Source: Candidatus Bipolaricaulota bacterium | GTDB taxonomy: Bacteria > Bipolaricaulota > Bipolaricaulia > UBA7950 > UBA9294 | Direction: 5' to 3' | DNA length: 41,839 nucleotides | Assembly (NCBI GenBank): GCA_041302485.1 | Contig: JBFYRA010000149.1 | Location: 1 to 41,839 of the forward strand | Notes under the pieces: model-generated | Seen by the model: the letters and a program-made list of their open reading frames with translations, nothing else | The model's database searches: none | What the model was told of the DNA's origin: nothing | Made by a program: the position numbers and the translations under genes | Part shown: positions 7,307 through 17,023 of the stretch, piece by piece | Numbering within the stretch: position 1 is the first letter of the stretch | Layout: each line of letters begins with the position of its first letter

Positions 7307-8457
7307 GCGAGGAGGGCGCGTCCGGCGTAACGATCCTCGAGAGCGGCCGGGTCGACCCCCTGCGGCGGGCGCTGGGGATTCCGTATCCGTGGCGGATCGC
7401 GGCGATGTGGCCGCTCCTTCACCGCCGCCCTTCGCTGGCCAAGCCGGCGGACTTCCGTGCGCTCGGTCCCACGCTGGAGAGCCCGGCTGGGAGATCTGGT
7501 CTTTGCGTCGCATTCCTTGGCGACATCATGCCGCCGGGTCGCGACATCGAGGTCGTTGTCGACCCGACGTTGCGCGAGGCCCTTGGGGCGGCGGACCTCG
7601 TCGTGGCGAACTGTGAGACCGCGCTCGGATTGTCAACCCACGTCCGCGGCACGCGGTACCGCCTCGCCGCACGGGATTTCGTGCGCATCCTCGCCGCGCT
7701 CGGAGTGCCTGCCGACCGCGCGGTCGTCTCGGTCGCCAACAACCACGTCGAAGACCACGGCGCCGACGGTATGGCGCGGACGGTCGGCCACCTCGAGGAC
7801 GCGGGCTGCCGGGTGGTCGGTACGCGGCGCGGTGGGACGGACGTCCCAGTCATCGTCGCCGAGGTCATGGGGTGCCGTCTTGGGATCGCGGCGTGGACAC
7901 ACTGGCGGAATCGCCCTGTGCCGATGGGGCTGCGGCCGTGGGCTCCACGGGACGTTCTTGCGCTCGACTGGGCGGCCCTCCGGCGGGCGCAGGGGCTGGA
8001 CGCCCTGGTCGGGTTCCCTCACTGGGATCTTGAGTTCCGGCACTACCCGCAGCAAGAGACGCGCGGACTCGCGCGCTATCTGGCCGAGCGTGGATTCGAT
8101 CTCCTCGTTGGGCATCACCCGCACGTCGTCCAGGGGGCGGAACGCCACGGCGACTGCCTTGCGTTCTATAGCTGCGGCAATGCGCTGACGAATTCGTTCT
8201 GCGCCAGGTCGGGGAGCGGACGGCTGAGCGTTCTCGTCCGGGCGGATCTTGCTCGGAAAGGTGGACCGGGCGGCGCGTGCGGGTACCGTGCAGATCCGCT
8301 CTTGGTCACAAGACGCGCCTCGCGGCTCGAGATCGCACGGTTCGCGTCGAGCGATGAGGTCCCGCCGGATGTTCGGTGGAGGTTCGACCTCCTCTTCCCC
8401 GGCGGCGGATCGGTGGCAGGGGGCGGCAGCGTGGGGACGCCGCCGCGCGTCGGGTAG
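7303..8457 (+). CDS. CapA-like (PGA_cap) metallophosphoesterase-fold protein
   Basis: Motifs are FLGDIM, ANCETAL, VANNHVEDHG, FPHWDLEF, LLVGHHPHVVQ and FYSCGNA. There is an ATGA start/stop overlap with the decarboxylase. I see no obvious N-terminal membrane anchor. Confidence 0.8.
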   Translation: MSEEGASGVTILESGRVDPLRRALGIPYPWRIAAMWPLLHRRPSLAKPADFRALGPTLESPAGRSGLCVAFLGDIMPPGRDIEVVVDPTLREALGAADLVVANCETALGLSTHVRGTRYRLAARDFVRILAALGVPADRAVVSVANNHVEDHGADGMARTVGHLEDAGCRVVGTRRGGTDVPVIVAEVMGCRLGIAAWTHWRNRPVPMGLRPWAPRDVLALDWAALRRAQGLDALVGFPHWDLEFRHYPQQETRGLARYLAERGFDLLVGHHPHVVQGAERHGDCLAFYSCGNALTNSFCARSGSGRLSVLVRADLARKGGPGGACGYRADPLLVTRRASRLEIARFASSDEVPPDVRWRFDLLFPGGGSVAGGGSVGTPPRVG

Positions 8458-8492
8458 GATACCGGCCGGATGCGGGAGGAGGTTCGCAAGGC

Positions 8493-9497
8493 ATGAGTTC
8501 GCAGGATCACGCCGCGCCGGCACGCGATGGGGGGAGATCGCTCGTTGGATATGGACTGACGGTCGAGCGCGCCCTCGTTCCGGAGGACGCTGGCCGCACG
8601 AGCCTGGCGGCCGTCCTGGCGGAGGCCATGAGGAGGGGGGGCATCACGCCCCTGCAGGGAGACATCCTGGTGGTGTCGTCCAAGGTCGTTGCCCTGTTTG
8701 AGGGCCGCTGCGTTCGGCTCGCCGATGTCCGGCCTTCGCTCCAGGCGCGCGTGCTCGGGCGGCTGTTCTCCAAGGATTCGCGCAAGATGCAGTTGATGAT
8801 GGAAGACGGCCGGGTGCTCGGACTCGTGCCGCTGCGGTTCCTCTCGAAGCGACGAGCCACGGCCGCTGCGACCGAGGGCCTCGCGGCCGACGGACTGCCG
8901 ACGGAAATGGGCCGGTTCCGGATCGAGCGATTCGAGTTCTACCACGCGATGCACGCGACGTTCCTCAACGAGGCCGGAATCGACATCATGAACTCGCCGG
9001 ACGGCTACGTGACGCGGCTGCCCGCCGACCCTTGCGCCAGCGCGGCGCGACTCCGCTTCAGCCTGCGCGAAGAAGTCGGTCTGGACCTGCCGGTGATCGT
9101 GACGGACACGTACTCGCCATTCGGGCGACTGGGGACGCTCGACCTCGCGGTCGGGTTCTCCGGACTCGATCCAGTGGAGCGAAAGCTCTTCACGCGGGAC
9201 CTGTTCGGCGACCTGCGCTTCGGTGACGCGAACATCGTGATCGACTCGGTGGCCGCGATGGCCGGCGCGATCATGGGGCAGACGACGGAGATGACACCTG
9301 CCGCACTCGTGCGCGGCATCGCGTACCGTCCGGAGCGTGCGGACGCCGGCCGCGTCGGCATGCAGCAGCTCTCTTACCCGCGCGGCGTGGCCGCGCTTGG
9401 AGTCCTGTTGACGGTTCTCGCCACCCTGTGGTACGGGATCGCGTTTCTCGTGACGCGTCTCCTCGGCCGCCGCCGCCCGTCCGGCGCGCAGAGCTAG
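8493..9497 (+). CDS. CofE-like gamma-glutamyl ligase family protein (F420-0:L-glutamate ligase fold) with a C-terminal TM helix
   Basis: GDILVVSSKVVALFEGR, EAGIDIMN, PVIVTDTYSPFGRLG and AMAGAIMGQTTEMTPAALVRGI align, from memory, with archaeal CofE. There is an extra internal insert. The C-terminus has a hydrophobic helix (VAALGVLLTVLATLWYGIAFLV). GGGAGGAGG lies upstream of the ATG. Confidence 0.8.
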   Translation: MSSQDHAAPARDGGRSLVGYGLTVERALVPEDAGRTSLAAVLAEAMRRGGITPLQGDILVVSSKVVALFEGRCVRLADVRPSLQARVLGRLFSKDSRKMQLMMEDGRVLGLVPLRFLSKRRATAAATEGLAADGLPTEMGRFRIERFEFYHAMHATFLNEAGIDIMNSPDGYVTRLPADPCASAARLRFSLREEVGLDLPVIVTDTYSPFGRLGTLDLAVGFSGLDPVERKLFTRDLFGDLRFGDANIVIDSVAAMAGAIMGQTTEMTPAALVRGIAYRPERADAGRVGMQQLSYPRGVAALGVLLTVLATLWYGIAFLVTRLLGRRRPSGAQS

Positions 9498-9513
9498 TTG
9501 TGGCGACCGCGTC

Positions 9514-10440
9514 TCACGTGGAGCGCTCGCTCCAGAGAGGGCTGGGGTAGCTGCCGGCCGCAACCTGCGCGGCGATCCTGGACCGCACCGAAGCGAGGTC
9601 TTCGCGGTGCGTCACACCGAGCCACGTCGACTCCGTTCGGAGCACGTGCACGGCGGCGTCGTGCGCATCGAGCAGCGAGCCGATGGCAGTCGGCAGGCGG
9701 AACTCGTCCGCCTCGCCGGGCGCCGACGCGAAGAATCCGCGGAACTCCCGTTCGAGCAGAGGCAACAGGCTCGGATCGAGTCCCCAGAAGTTCATCGAAG
9801 CGCACGCGTCCGTCGGGATCGCTTGCCAGGCCCCGGCGCGGTCGCGGAATCCGATCTCACGCTCACGCCGTTCGACGCCGTGACGTTCCACGATCGACAG
9901 GAGCCGACCACACGGGTTGACCTCGCACACGCCGCGGGACACCGTGCCGTGTTCGGTCAGCGTTGCGGCGAGGGCGTATCCGACGAGCGCGTTGCGCGTC
10001 GTCGGAGGACCGTCCGCCGCCATCAGGAAGCGCGCCACGGTCGCGAACGCGCGCGCACCGTAGAAGTCGTCGGCGTTGACGACGACGAACGGGCCGGAGA
10101 GGACTTCACGGCAGGCGAGGACGGCCTGCCCGGTTCCCCAGGGTCGCGAACGGCCTGCCGGAACGGGACACGCGGCAGGCACGTCGTCAACACGTTGGGC
10201 GACGAACGTTACGTCGCAACGGCCGGCAAGCTGCCGCGTGAGGCGCGGCCGGAGGACTGCCTCGACCTCATCGCGGACGACGCACACGATGCGCGAGAAC
10301 CCGGCGGCCAAGGCATCGAAGACGGAGTAATCGAGGATGATCTCGCCGCTGGGTCCCACTGCCTCGACCTGCTTTGCCCCGCCAAAGCGGCTTCCCATCC
10401 CGGCTGCGAGAACGACCAGAGTCAACGGCTGTGCGGCCAT
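9514..10440 (-). CDS. Sugar-phosphate nucleotidyltransferase family protein
   Basis: The N-terminal LAAGMGSRFGGAKQ signature, PWGTGQAV and VVNADDFYG are present. GAGGAGG lies upstream of the ATG. Confidence 0.85.
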   Translation of the reverse strand: MAAQPLTLVVLAAGMGSRFGGAKQVEAVGPSGEIILDYSVFDALAAGFSRIVCVVRDEVEAVLRPRLTRQLAGRCDVTFVAQRVDDVPAACPVPAGRSRPWGTGQAVLACREVLSGPFVVVNADDFYGARAFATVARFLMAADGPPTTRNALVGYALAATLTEHGTVSRGVCEVNPCGRLLSIVERHGVERREREIGFRDRAGAWQAIPTDACASMNFWGLDPSLLPLLEREFRGFFASAPGEADEFRLPTAIGSLLDAHDAAVHVLRTESTWLGVTHREDLASVRSRIAAQVAAGSYPSPLWSERST

Positions 10441-10478
10441 GGTGCCTCCTCGCCCGGGAGTCTACGGAAGCCGCGTCG

Positions 10479-11708
10479 TTAGGTCGACCCGCCATCGACG
10501 GCCGGCGGGCGCACGGCGGGCTTCGGAGAAGGTGGTCCGAAGCCTGGGAATGTGAATCGCTCGCCCAAGACGAGCAAGAAGCCGATTCCGGACACACCGG
10601 CCATCGTCAGGAACATGCCGCGGAATCCGACGAGAGGCTGGATCGCGCCCGCAAGAAGAGGTCCGAGCAGCCCGCCGAGGCCGCGGGCCATCTCGAACAG
10701 CCCGAGCATCGTGCCCTGGCGCTCGAGCGGCACGCGGTCACCGATGTGAGCCGTCGATCCGATGTACAGCGAACTGAATGCGATGCCGAGCACGACATAG
10801 GCCAGGGCCATCAGCGGCACGTTGCCCGCAAAGGCCAGAATGCAAGGGAGTAGGGCCGACATTCCAAACCCAAGCAGGAACACCTTACGCCGTCCGACGC
10901 GATCGGCGATCCACCCGAACCCGACGAGGGCCACGACCTGGGTGAGCGTGTTGAGTGAACTCACCGTGCCCATCATGATCGGCGAGATGCCCAACTCATC
11001 CATGTAGACGTAGAGCAGAGCGAAAGCACCGTTCGTCCCGAACTGGCGCAGGATCGTGCCGAGGTACAGCCGTGTCAGTCCGGCCTCGCGCAGCGCGTGC
11101 CACGCGAACTGGCGAGAGATCGGAGCCGGCCGCGGCTCGCGCGGAAGGCGAAGCAGCCACAGCGCGGCGATGCCCGGCAGGAGAGACATGACGAGGAATC
11201 CGTTCCGGAAGCCGAGTTTTTCGAGAATGACGCCGGCCCCTAGCGCCCCGAGCGCGTAGCCGAGAGACCGCGCCGAAGAGTTGTACGACATCCCGCGGGC
11301 GCGGGTCGCGCTCTGACTGGCCGCCGAGATCATCGCCAGGCTCATCGACGCGAAACCGACATCCATGAACGCCCGGAAGAATGAACTTCCGACCATGACG
11401 CCGTTGCCGGGAAGCGGAATGAGTACGGCGATCGATGCTGCGACGCCGAGCGCGGTGAGCACGAGAAACAGCCGGCGCCCGGCGCGATCCGAGAGCCGCC
11501 CCCAGAAGTAGCTCCCGAGGAGGACGCCGACGGATCCGAGGCTCGACGTCACGCTGATCAGAAAGACGGTCGCCCCGCGCTCCTTGAGGAACAGCTGCAC
11601 GAGCAGGCCAAGGCCACCGCTGGCCGTCGCCACGAGGACCGCGGACGCAGTTAGAGGCAGGTTCAGGCGCGCCGCTCCCGACGCAGGGCGTTCCTCGTCG
11701 ACGTTCAC
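10479..11708 (-). CDS. MFS transporter
   Basis: There are roughly 12 hydrophobic segments and the MFS loop motif GRLSDRAGRR. The start is GTG. Confidence 0.88.
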   Translation of the reverse strand: MNVDEERPASGAARLNLPLTASAVLVATASGGLGLLVQLFLKERGATVFLISVTSSLGSVGVLLGSYFWGRLSDRAGRRLFLVLTALGVAASIAVLIPLPGNGVMVGSSFFRAFMDVGFASMSLAMISAASQSATRARGMSYNSSARSLGYALGALGAGVILEKLGFRNGFLVMSLLPGIAALWLLRLPREPRPAPISRQFAWHALREAGLTRLYLGTILRQFGTNGAFALLYVYMDELGISPIMMGTVSSLNTLTQVVALVGFGWIADRVGRRKVFLLGFGMSALLPCILAFAGNVPLMALAYVVLGIAFSSLYIGSTAHIGDRVPLERQGTMLGLFEMARGLGGLLGPLLAGAIQPLVGFRGMFLTMAGVSGIGFLLVLGERFTFPGFGPPSPKPAVRPPAVDGGST

Positions 11709-11864
11709 GCGTGAAGGGTACGCGGTCCTCGTGCAGGGCGCCAGCCGTGCCGCGGCCCGAATGTAACGCTCGTCACGTTTCGCATAAAACCGGTTGAAGC
11801 CAGTGCAACACGAGGACTCCTCAGAGAATCCGAGCGGCGCAAGAGGCGCATTCGCAACTCGAAG

Positions 11865-12785
11865 CTACCTGCGGCTCGCAGGTTGGCGAGGGATACTCCG
11901 GTCCGCGTCGCGCGGCGTGACGGCCGACGGTCGGGTCTTCACTGCCCTGGTCGGACGCTTCTTGATGGCCGTGGAGGGTCGCAGCGGCTGACAGCGCGGG
12001 CAGATGAACGTCGCTGTCGACCCGGTCTTGATCTTCTCGATCGCCTCGCCGCATTCCGGGCACGGCTTCCCCTCGCGGTATCCTACGAGGAGATCGGCCG
12101 CCGTGAACCCGCCTCCCTTTCCGTCAAGCCCCACTTCGTAGAAGGCCGCGCCAACGGCGATGCTTCGATCGAGCTCGCCGTGGATGGCCTCATAGAGACG
12201 ATCGATCTCGCGTTCCGACAGCGAGGAGATCGGACGCAGGGGGTGAAGTCGAGCGCGGAACAGAATGTCGTGGATGTAGGCGTTGCCGATCCCGGCAAGG
12301 TTTGACTGATCGAGGAGGAGGGACTTGATCCCTCCGCGGCGCCCTGCAAGGAGAGTCCGGAACTGCTCGAGCGAGATGTCGAGCGCGTTCGGGCCGAGGC
12401 CGGCAAGCATCGCGTGCTCGTCCAGTTCGCCCTGAGGCGCGAAGTGCGCGTACCCGAACCACCAGAAGTTGATGGCGAGGGACTCGCCCTTGTCGAGGTC
12501 CAAGCGAACGCGCCACTTCGCGGGCAGTTGTGCGCTGGGAACGAGCAGAATCTCGCCCCCCATGCCAAGGTTGAGCAAGAGGTGACCGTTCGTCGTCTCG
12601 ACCAGGATCCACTTGCCGCGGTTCGAGGCGCCACGGATCTTCGCGTCGACGAGCGCGCGCCGGAATTCGGCGACGGACGTGTTCAGGCACTTCGGTTGCA
12701 GGACCTCTACGGCGCGAACCTTGCGGCCCCGCAAGCGAGCGTCCATCTCTCTTGCGCGACAGACGATCTCGGGCAGCTCGGGCAT
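11865..12785 (-). CDS. mutM: Formamidopyrimidine-DNA glycosylase (Fpg/Nei family) with a basic C-terminal tail
   Basis: The N-terminus is MPELPEI. The H2TH region contains LLDQSNLAGIGNAY, and the zinc finger is CPECGEAIEKIKTGSTATFICPRCQ. Confidence 0.9.
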   Translation of the reverse strand: MPELPEIVCRAREMDARLRGRKVRAVEVLQPKCLNTSVAEFRRALVDAKIRGASNRGKWILVETTNGHLLLNLGMGGEILLVPSAQLPAKWRVRLDLDKGESLAINFWWFGYAHFAPQGELDEHAMLAGLGPNALDISLEQFRTLLAGRRGGIKSLLLDQSNLAGIGNAYIHDILFRARLHPLRPISSLSEREIDRLYEAIHGELDRSIAVGAAFYEVGLDGKGGGFTAADLLVGYREGKPCPECGEAIEKIKTGSTATFICPRCQPLRPSTAIKKRPTRAVKTRPSAVTPRDADRSIPRQPASRR

Positions 12786-12796
12786 GACTCGACCTC

Positions 12797-13612
12797 CTAC
12801 TCCGACGCTTCATCCTCGCGTCGAGACGTCTCGGCGCCGTCTCCACGATCCGGGGGATCCCAGAGTCGCGGATCCTGATGGTAGAAGCGCGACAGCTCGG
12901 CGTACAAGGCGGGCAGGTCGCGCGACAGCCCCGATGCATCTTGGAAGAACCTCTCCGTGGCGACTGCGAAGAACTCGGCCGGACTCGATGCGGCGTAGGA
13001 GTCAAGCGGAGTCGGCAGCCCGGACTCCACATGCGTCGTCAGCGCGTGATACTCGTAGGTCAGGACCCTCGACCAGCTCTCGGCATCCGCCGAAGCGAGG
13101 CGAGGAGTTCCGTCGAATCCACCTCTCTCAGCATCGAGGAGGTGGGCGAACTCGTGCAAGACGACGTTGCGGGAATCGTTCGGCCCCGCGGCGCCCGAAC
13201 GCGCCGCGGCCCACGAGACGACGAGCGCGCCGCGGGCCGCGGTTTCGCCTTGACGGATCTGCAAGCCCTCACGTACGACCCCGGTCTCGTCGCGCGAGCG
13301 GTGCCGGGCGACGTACTCGCCGGGGTATACGATCACGGAATGGAGGCCAGGGAAGACGGAGCCCGGGCGACGCACGAGCAGTAGACACGCCTGGGCCGCG
13401 ATGACGACCCGAATCTCGTCCACGATCTGGAGGCCACCGGCGCCCTCGAATCGTTTCTCGGCCAAGAAGATCTGAATGAGTTCGTCGAGCCTCGCTCGAT
13501 CGACGGCCGCGAGACGACTGTAGCGCGGGAAGTCCCGGCGCAGGATGTCGGCCCACGCTGAGGGGAACGGACGCCGCCGGATGTGGCGCTGTCGCCAGGC
13601 TCGCCAGACCAT
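12797..13612 (-). CDS. mtfA: MtfA-like zinc metallopeptidase (M90 family)
   Basis: The sequence has the HEFAH zinc motif, the downstream PAEFFAVATERFF, and an overall MtfA-like length. Confidence 0.8.
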   Translation of the reverse strand: MVWRAWRQRHIRRRPFPSAWADILRRDFPRYSRLAAVDRARLDELIQIFLAEKRFEGAGGLQIVDEIRVVIAAQACLLLVRRPGSVFPGLHSVIVYPGEYVARHRSRDETGVVREGLQIRQGETAARGALVVSWAAARSGAAGPNDSRNVVLHEFAHLLDAERGGFDGTPRLASADAESWSRVLTYEYHALTTHVESGLPTPLDSYAASSPAEFFAVATERFFQDASGLSRDLPALYAELSRFYHQDPRLWDPPDRGDGAETSRREDEASE

Positions 13613-13656
13613 GGGCCAAGGCTACGCGAATCGTGGCGCCTTGTCTCGCCCGGCGA

Positions 13657-14244
13657 TCACGCAGTGCGGAGGCGGTCGAGCGAACGGCCAATCTCGTACG
13701 AGGTTCCGATGCGGCCCCCCACGCCGTAGTACTGGCCGTCGAGCGCATAGAGGATGGGTCGGATCTCATTCAGCGGCGCCACAGTCAGATGGCCAGGAGA
13801 GCCCGAAAGAAACGCAGCGTCGACATGCGTCTGGACGACGTGAGAGATGAAGATGCGGCGGTGTTCGATCTCAACGAGCGAGTGGACGCGGCACTCGATG
13901 CTGATCGGGCAGGCCTCGGCCAGCGGCGCTTCCGTCTCCGGCCCTGGTGTGGACGCGAGCAGTGCGCCCTTGTCGATGTCGCGCCCGGACGCCGTGCCAA
14001 AGTGGTCGACGAGGGCGACCATCGATTCGGTCGGGATGTTCACGCTGAAGGCGCCTTCGGCCAGCACGCCGCGCGTCGTGTGGTGAGAGACGGCGAGCGA
14101 GATCGCCAGAAGTGCCGGGCGAAGCCCGAGCACGGCGCAGTCGCCGACGGTCGCGAAATTGGGGCGCCCGTCGACCACGGCGCCGACGAGGACAATCGGA
14201 ATCGGGGCGAGATAGGGTCGACAGCCAATCGGTCGCTTCGCCAT
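13657..14244 (-). CDS. Flavin reductase-like FMN-binding domain protein
   Basis: PIVLVGAVVDGRPNFATVGDCAVLG and FSVNIPTE fit the split-barrel flavin reductase pattern. Only the last 195 codons of the 947-aa track ORF are credible. Confidence 0.85.
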   Translation of the reverse strand: MAKRPIGCRPYLAPIPIVLVGAVVDGRPNFATVGDCAVLGLRPALLAISLAVSHHTTRGVLAEGAFSVNIPTESMVALVDHFGTASGRDIDKGALLASTPGPETEAPLAEACPISIECRVHSLVEIEHRRIFISHVVQTHVDAAFLSGSPGHLTVAPLNEIRPILYALDGQYYGVGGRIGTSYEIGRSLDRLRTA

Positions 14245-14413
14245 CGCTTCCACCTCTTCCTGGTAGGGTTGCTGATGGAATATGCACCGCGAGCGTCTCG
14301 GCTCCGTCCCTCGCCCGGCGAGCGTCCTAGGCACGAGGCGCGGCTGCGAGGTAGACTCACCGCTTGTGCCCGCCGCAGGGGCGAGCACCCATTCTGACCA
14401 GGAGGTCGGTGCC

Positions 14414-16137
14414 ATGGGGCAGTAGAGAGTCGTCGAGAAGGCGCGGGTGCTGATTTCATCCGCGAGATCGTTGCGGCGGACGTCGCGGCCGGGAAGAACG
14501 GCGGCCGGGTCTGTACGCGTTTTCCACCCGAGCCGAACGGGTACATCCACATCGGCCACGCGAAGGCGTTTCTCCTGAGCTACGGCGTTGCGCAGGAGTA
14601 CCGCGGGAAGTTCAACCTCCGATTCGATGACACGAACCCGGCCAAGGAGGAACAGGAGTTCGTCGACGGAATCATCGAGGATATGCGCTGGCTTGGCGTC
14701 GACTGGGACGACCGTCTGTTCTTCGCGTCCGACTATTTCGAGCAGCTCTACGAGTGGGCCGAGCTTCTCCTTCGCGAAGGCAAGGCGTACGTCTGCGACC
14801 TCACGGCGGACGAGATCAGCGAGTACCGCGGAACAGCCGTCGAGCGAGGCGGGCAGATCGTGACGCCTCCGGGAAAGGACAGCCCATACCGCAATCGGCC
14901 GGCTGACGAGAACCTCGACTTGCTCCGACGGATGCGCGCCGGGGAGTTCCCCGACGGATCGCGGACGTTGCGCGCGAAGATCGACATGGCGCATCCGAAC
15001 CTGAACATGCGCGATCCTGTCATGTATCGGATCCTCCGCGCCACGCACCATCGCAGCGGCGATACTTGGTGTATCTACCCCACCTACGACTGGACCCATG
15101 GTCAGTCCGATGCGATCGAGGGAATCACACACTCGCTTTGCGATCTCGCGTTTGAGAACCATCGACCGCTCTACGACTGGTTCCTCGACAACCTGCCGGT
15201 CCCGTACCGGCCGCGCCAGATCGAGTTCAGTCGACTCAACATCACCCATACCGTGATGAGCAAGCGGAAGCTTCGCCGGCTCGTTGAAGAGGGCCACGTG
15301 CGCGGCTGGGACGACCCGCGGATGCCGACGCTGCGAGGGTTGCGGCGTCGCGGCTACACGCCCGAGTCCGTACGGACGTTCATCCGCGGCGTGGGCGTGA
15401 CGAAGGCCGAAGGCATGGTCGATCTCGCGTACCTCGAGCACTGCGTGAGGCAGGACCTCAACTTGCGCGCGCCGCGCGTCATGGCCGTACTCGACCCGAT
15501 CCGTGTCATCATCACCAACTACCCCGAAGGGCAAGTCGAGTGGCTTGACGCGGTGAACAATCCTGAGGACCCCGCGGCAGGGACCCGTCAGGTTCCGTTC
15601 TCGCGCGATCTTTGGATCGAGCGCGAGGACTTCATGGAGGATCCGCCCGCGAAGTTCTTCCGCCTCACCCCAGGACGTGAGATTCGATTGCGCTATGCAT
15701 ACTTCGTCCGCTGTGACAGCGTCATCAAGAACAGCGCCGGCGAGATCGTCGAGATCCGGTGCACGTACGACCCCGCGACGCGCGGCGGAGACTCCCCGGA
15801 CGGACGCAAGGTGAAGGCCACGCTGCATTGGGCTTCCGCCCCTCATGCGCTGGATGGCGAGGTTCGGCTGTACGACGTCCTGTTTGCTCGCGACCGCGCC
15901 GAGGCCGTTGAGGAGGGCGGCGACTGGCTCTCGGGCGTCAACCCGAACTCGCTGGTCGTCGTGCCGGGCAGCAAGCTTGAGCCATCGCTCGCACGTGCGA
16001 CGCCAGGTGACGTCTTCCAGTTCGAGCGCAAGGGATACTTCGCCTGCGATCGCGATTCGACAGCGGGGCGGCTTGTGTTCAACCGTACGGCGACCTTGCG
16101 CGACACGTGGGCCAAGTCCCAAGACGGTCCCGTGTAG
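14414..16137 (+). CDS. glnS: Glutaminyl-tRNA synthetase; reading it from its SD-ATG needs a 1-nt frame change
   Basis: HIGH region is [16 protein letters not shown] and KMSKS is VMSKRKL. The body frame is open from 14398 but has no ATG, GTG or TTG before 14683, which lies after the HIGH motif. GGAGG (14401-14405) followed by ATG 14414 is in the other frame and stops after 3 codons. Confidence 0.85.
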
Positions 16138-16141
16138 AAAG

Positions 16142-16191
16142 CACGCCGGCAGCGGAGGATCCGAGTCTCGGCGCCCTCCGCTGCCGGCGTG
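16142..16191 (+). terminator. Perfect 17-bp GC-rich hairpin downstream of glnS
   Basis: cacgccggcagcggagg (16142-16158) is the exact reverse complement of cctccgctgccggcgtg (16175-16191). The 16-nt loop contains its own ccgag/ctcgg mini-stem. Only a weak T tract (tgttg) follows. Confidence 0.55.
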
Positions 16192-16193
16192 TG

Positions 16194-16223
16194 TTGCAGA
16201 CGGAGGACGACTCCGGGTAGCAT
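16194..16223 (+). promoter_or_regulatory. Candidate sigma70-type promoter for the pyr operon
   Basis: TTGCAG (16194-16199), an 18-nt spacer, then TAGCAT (16218-16223). This lies about 54 nt upstream of the pyrK GTG. Confidence 0.35.
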
Positions 16224-16276
16224 CTTGCCCCGAGGACCACGGGGGGAATCGGGTGGACGACAAGAGCCGGAGACAC

Positions 16277-17023
16277 GTGCAGGCGGCCCAAGATGGGCCG
16301 TCTTTTCTTGTCCGGAGTGGTTCCATCGCTGAGGCGCATCGCGGCGGAGGGTATGTCCGGCTTCGCGTCGACTTGGCGACGGATCTCGCGGCGCCACAGC
16401 CGGGGCAATTCCTGATGATTCGATTCCCGTGGGGACCCGCTCTGCCTCGACCCTTCTCGACGCTCTCGGCCCAAGACGGGGAGATCGAACTCCTCATCAA
16501 AGAAGACGGCCTGCTGCGCGAGGCGTTGGCGGCGGCACCGTGCGGGGCGACCCTTGAGGTCCGCGGGCCCTACGGTGTGCCTTACGCCGATCGAATCGAC
16601 CGCGGGCGGCAGTATGTCCTTGTCGGCGGCGGATCGGGAGTCGCCCCGCTCCTGCACTTCGCGCACGCTTTTCCCAACCTTGTGGCTGCGATGGCGCTCG
16701 GGTTTCGAACCGGCGGCGCCCGGCGCCTCCTGCCGGAGGCCGACATCGCGGTCGAGGACGAGACAGCCGAGACGGCCGAGGACCGACTCCACGCCGCCTG
16801 GCAGGACGGCCTCGGCGTCATTGCATGCGGGCCGGAGCCCTTGCTTGCGAAAGTGGCGCGCGCGCAGCGTGAGAATGCCGCGGCGTACGTGTCGCTCGAG
16901 ACGCGGCTCGGGTGTGGGTTCGGTAGCTGTCTCGGGTGCAGCATTCCGACGCCCGTCGGCCTGCGCCGCATCTGCTACGACGGACCGCTGTTCGCATGTT
17001 CGGAGGTGCCGTGGCTCGAATAG
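16277..17023 (+). CDS. pyrK: Dihydroorotate dehydrogenase B electron-transfer subunit
   Basis: PGQFLMIRF, RPFS, GGGSGVAPL and the C-terminal Fe-S motif CGFGSCLGC are present. GTG 16277 has GGAG upstream. Confidence 0.85.
   Translation: MQAAQDGPSFLVRSGSIAEAHRGGGYVRLRVDLATDLAAPQPGQFLMIRFPWGPALPRPFSTLSAQDGEIELLIKEDGLLREALAAAPCGATLEVRGPYGVPYADRIDRGRQYVLVGGGSGVAPLLHFAHAFPNLVAAMALGFRTGGARRLLPEADIAVEDETAETAEDRLHAAWQDGLGVIACGPEPLLAKVARAQRENAAAYVSLETRLGCGFGSCLGCSIPTPVGLRRICYDGPLFACSEVPWLE

Noticed and set aside
13657-16500. A 947-aa minus-strand ORF, the second-longest ORF in the track for this region.
   Set aside because: Only its last 195 codons (13657-14244) look like a real protein, a flavin reductase with an SD. 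The remainder is Arg/Pro/Gly-rich antisense of glnS, a typical shadow ORF in GC-rich DNA.
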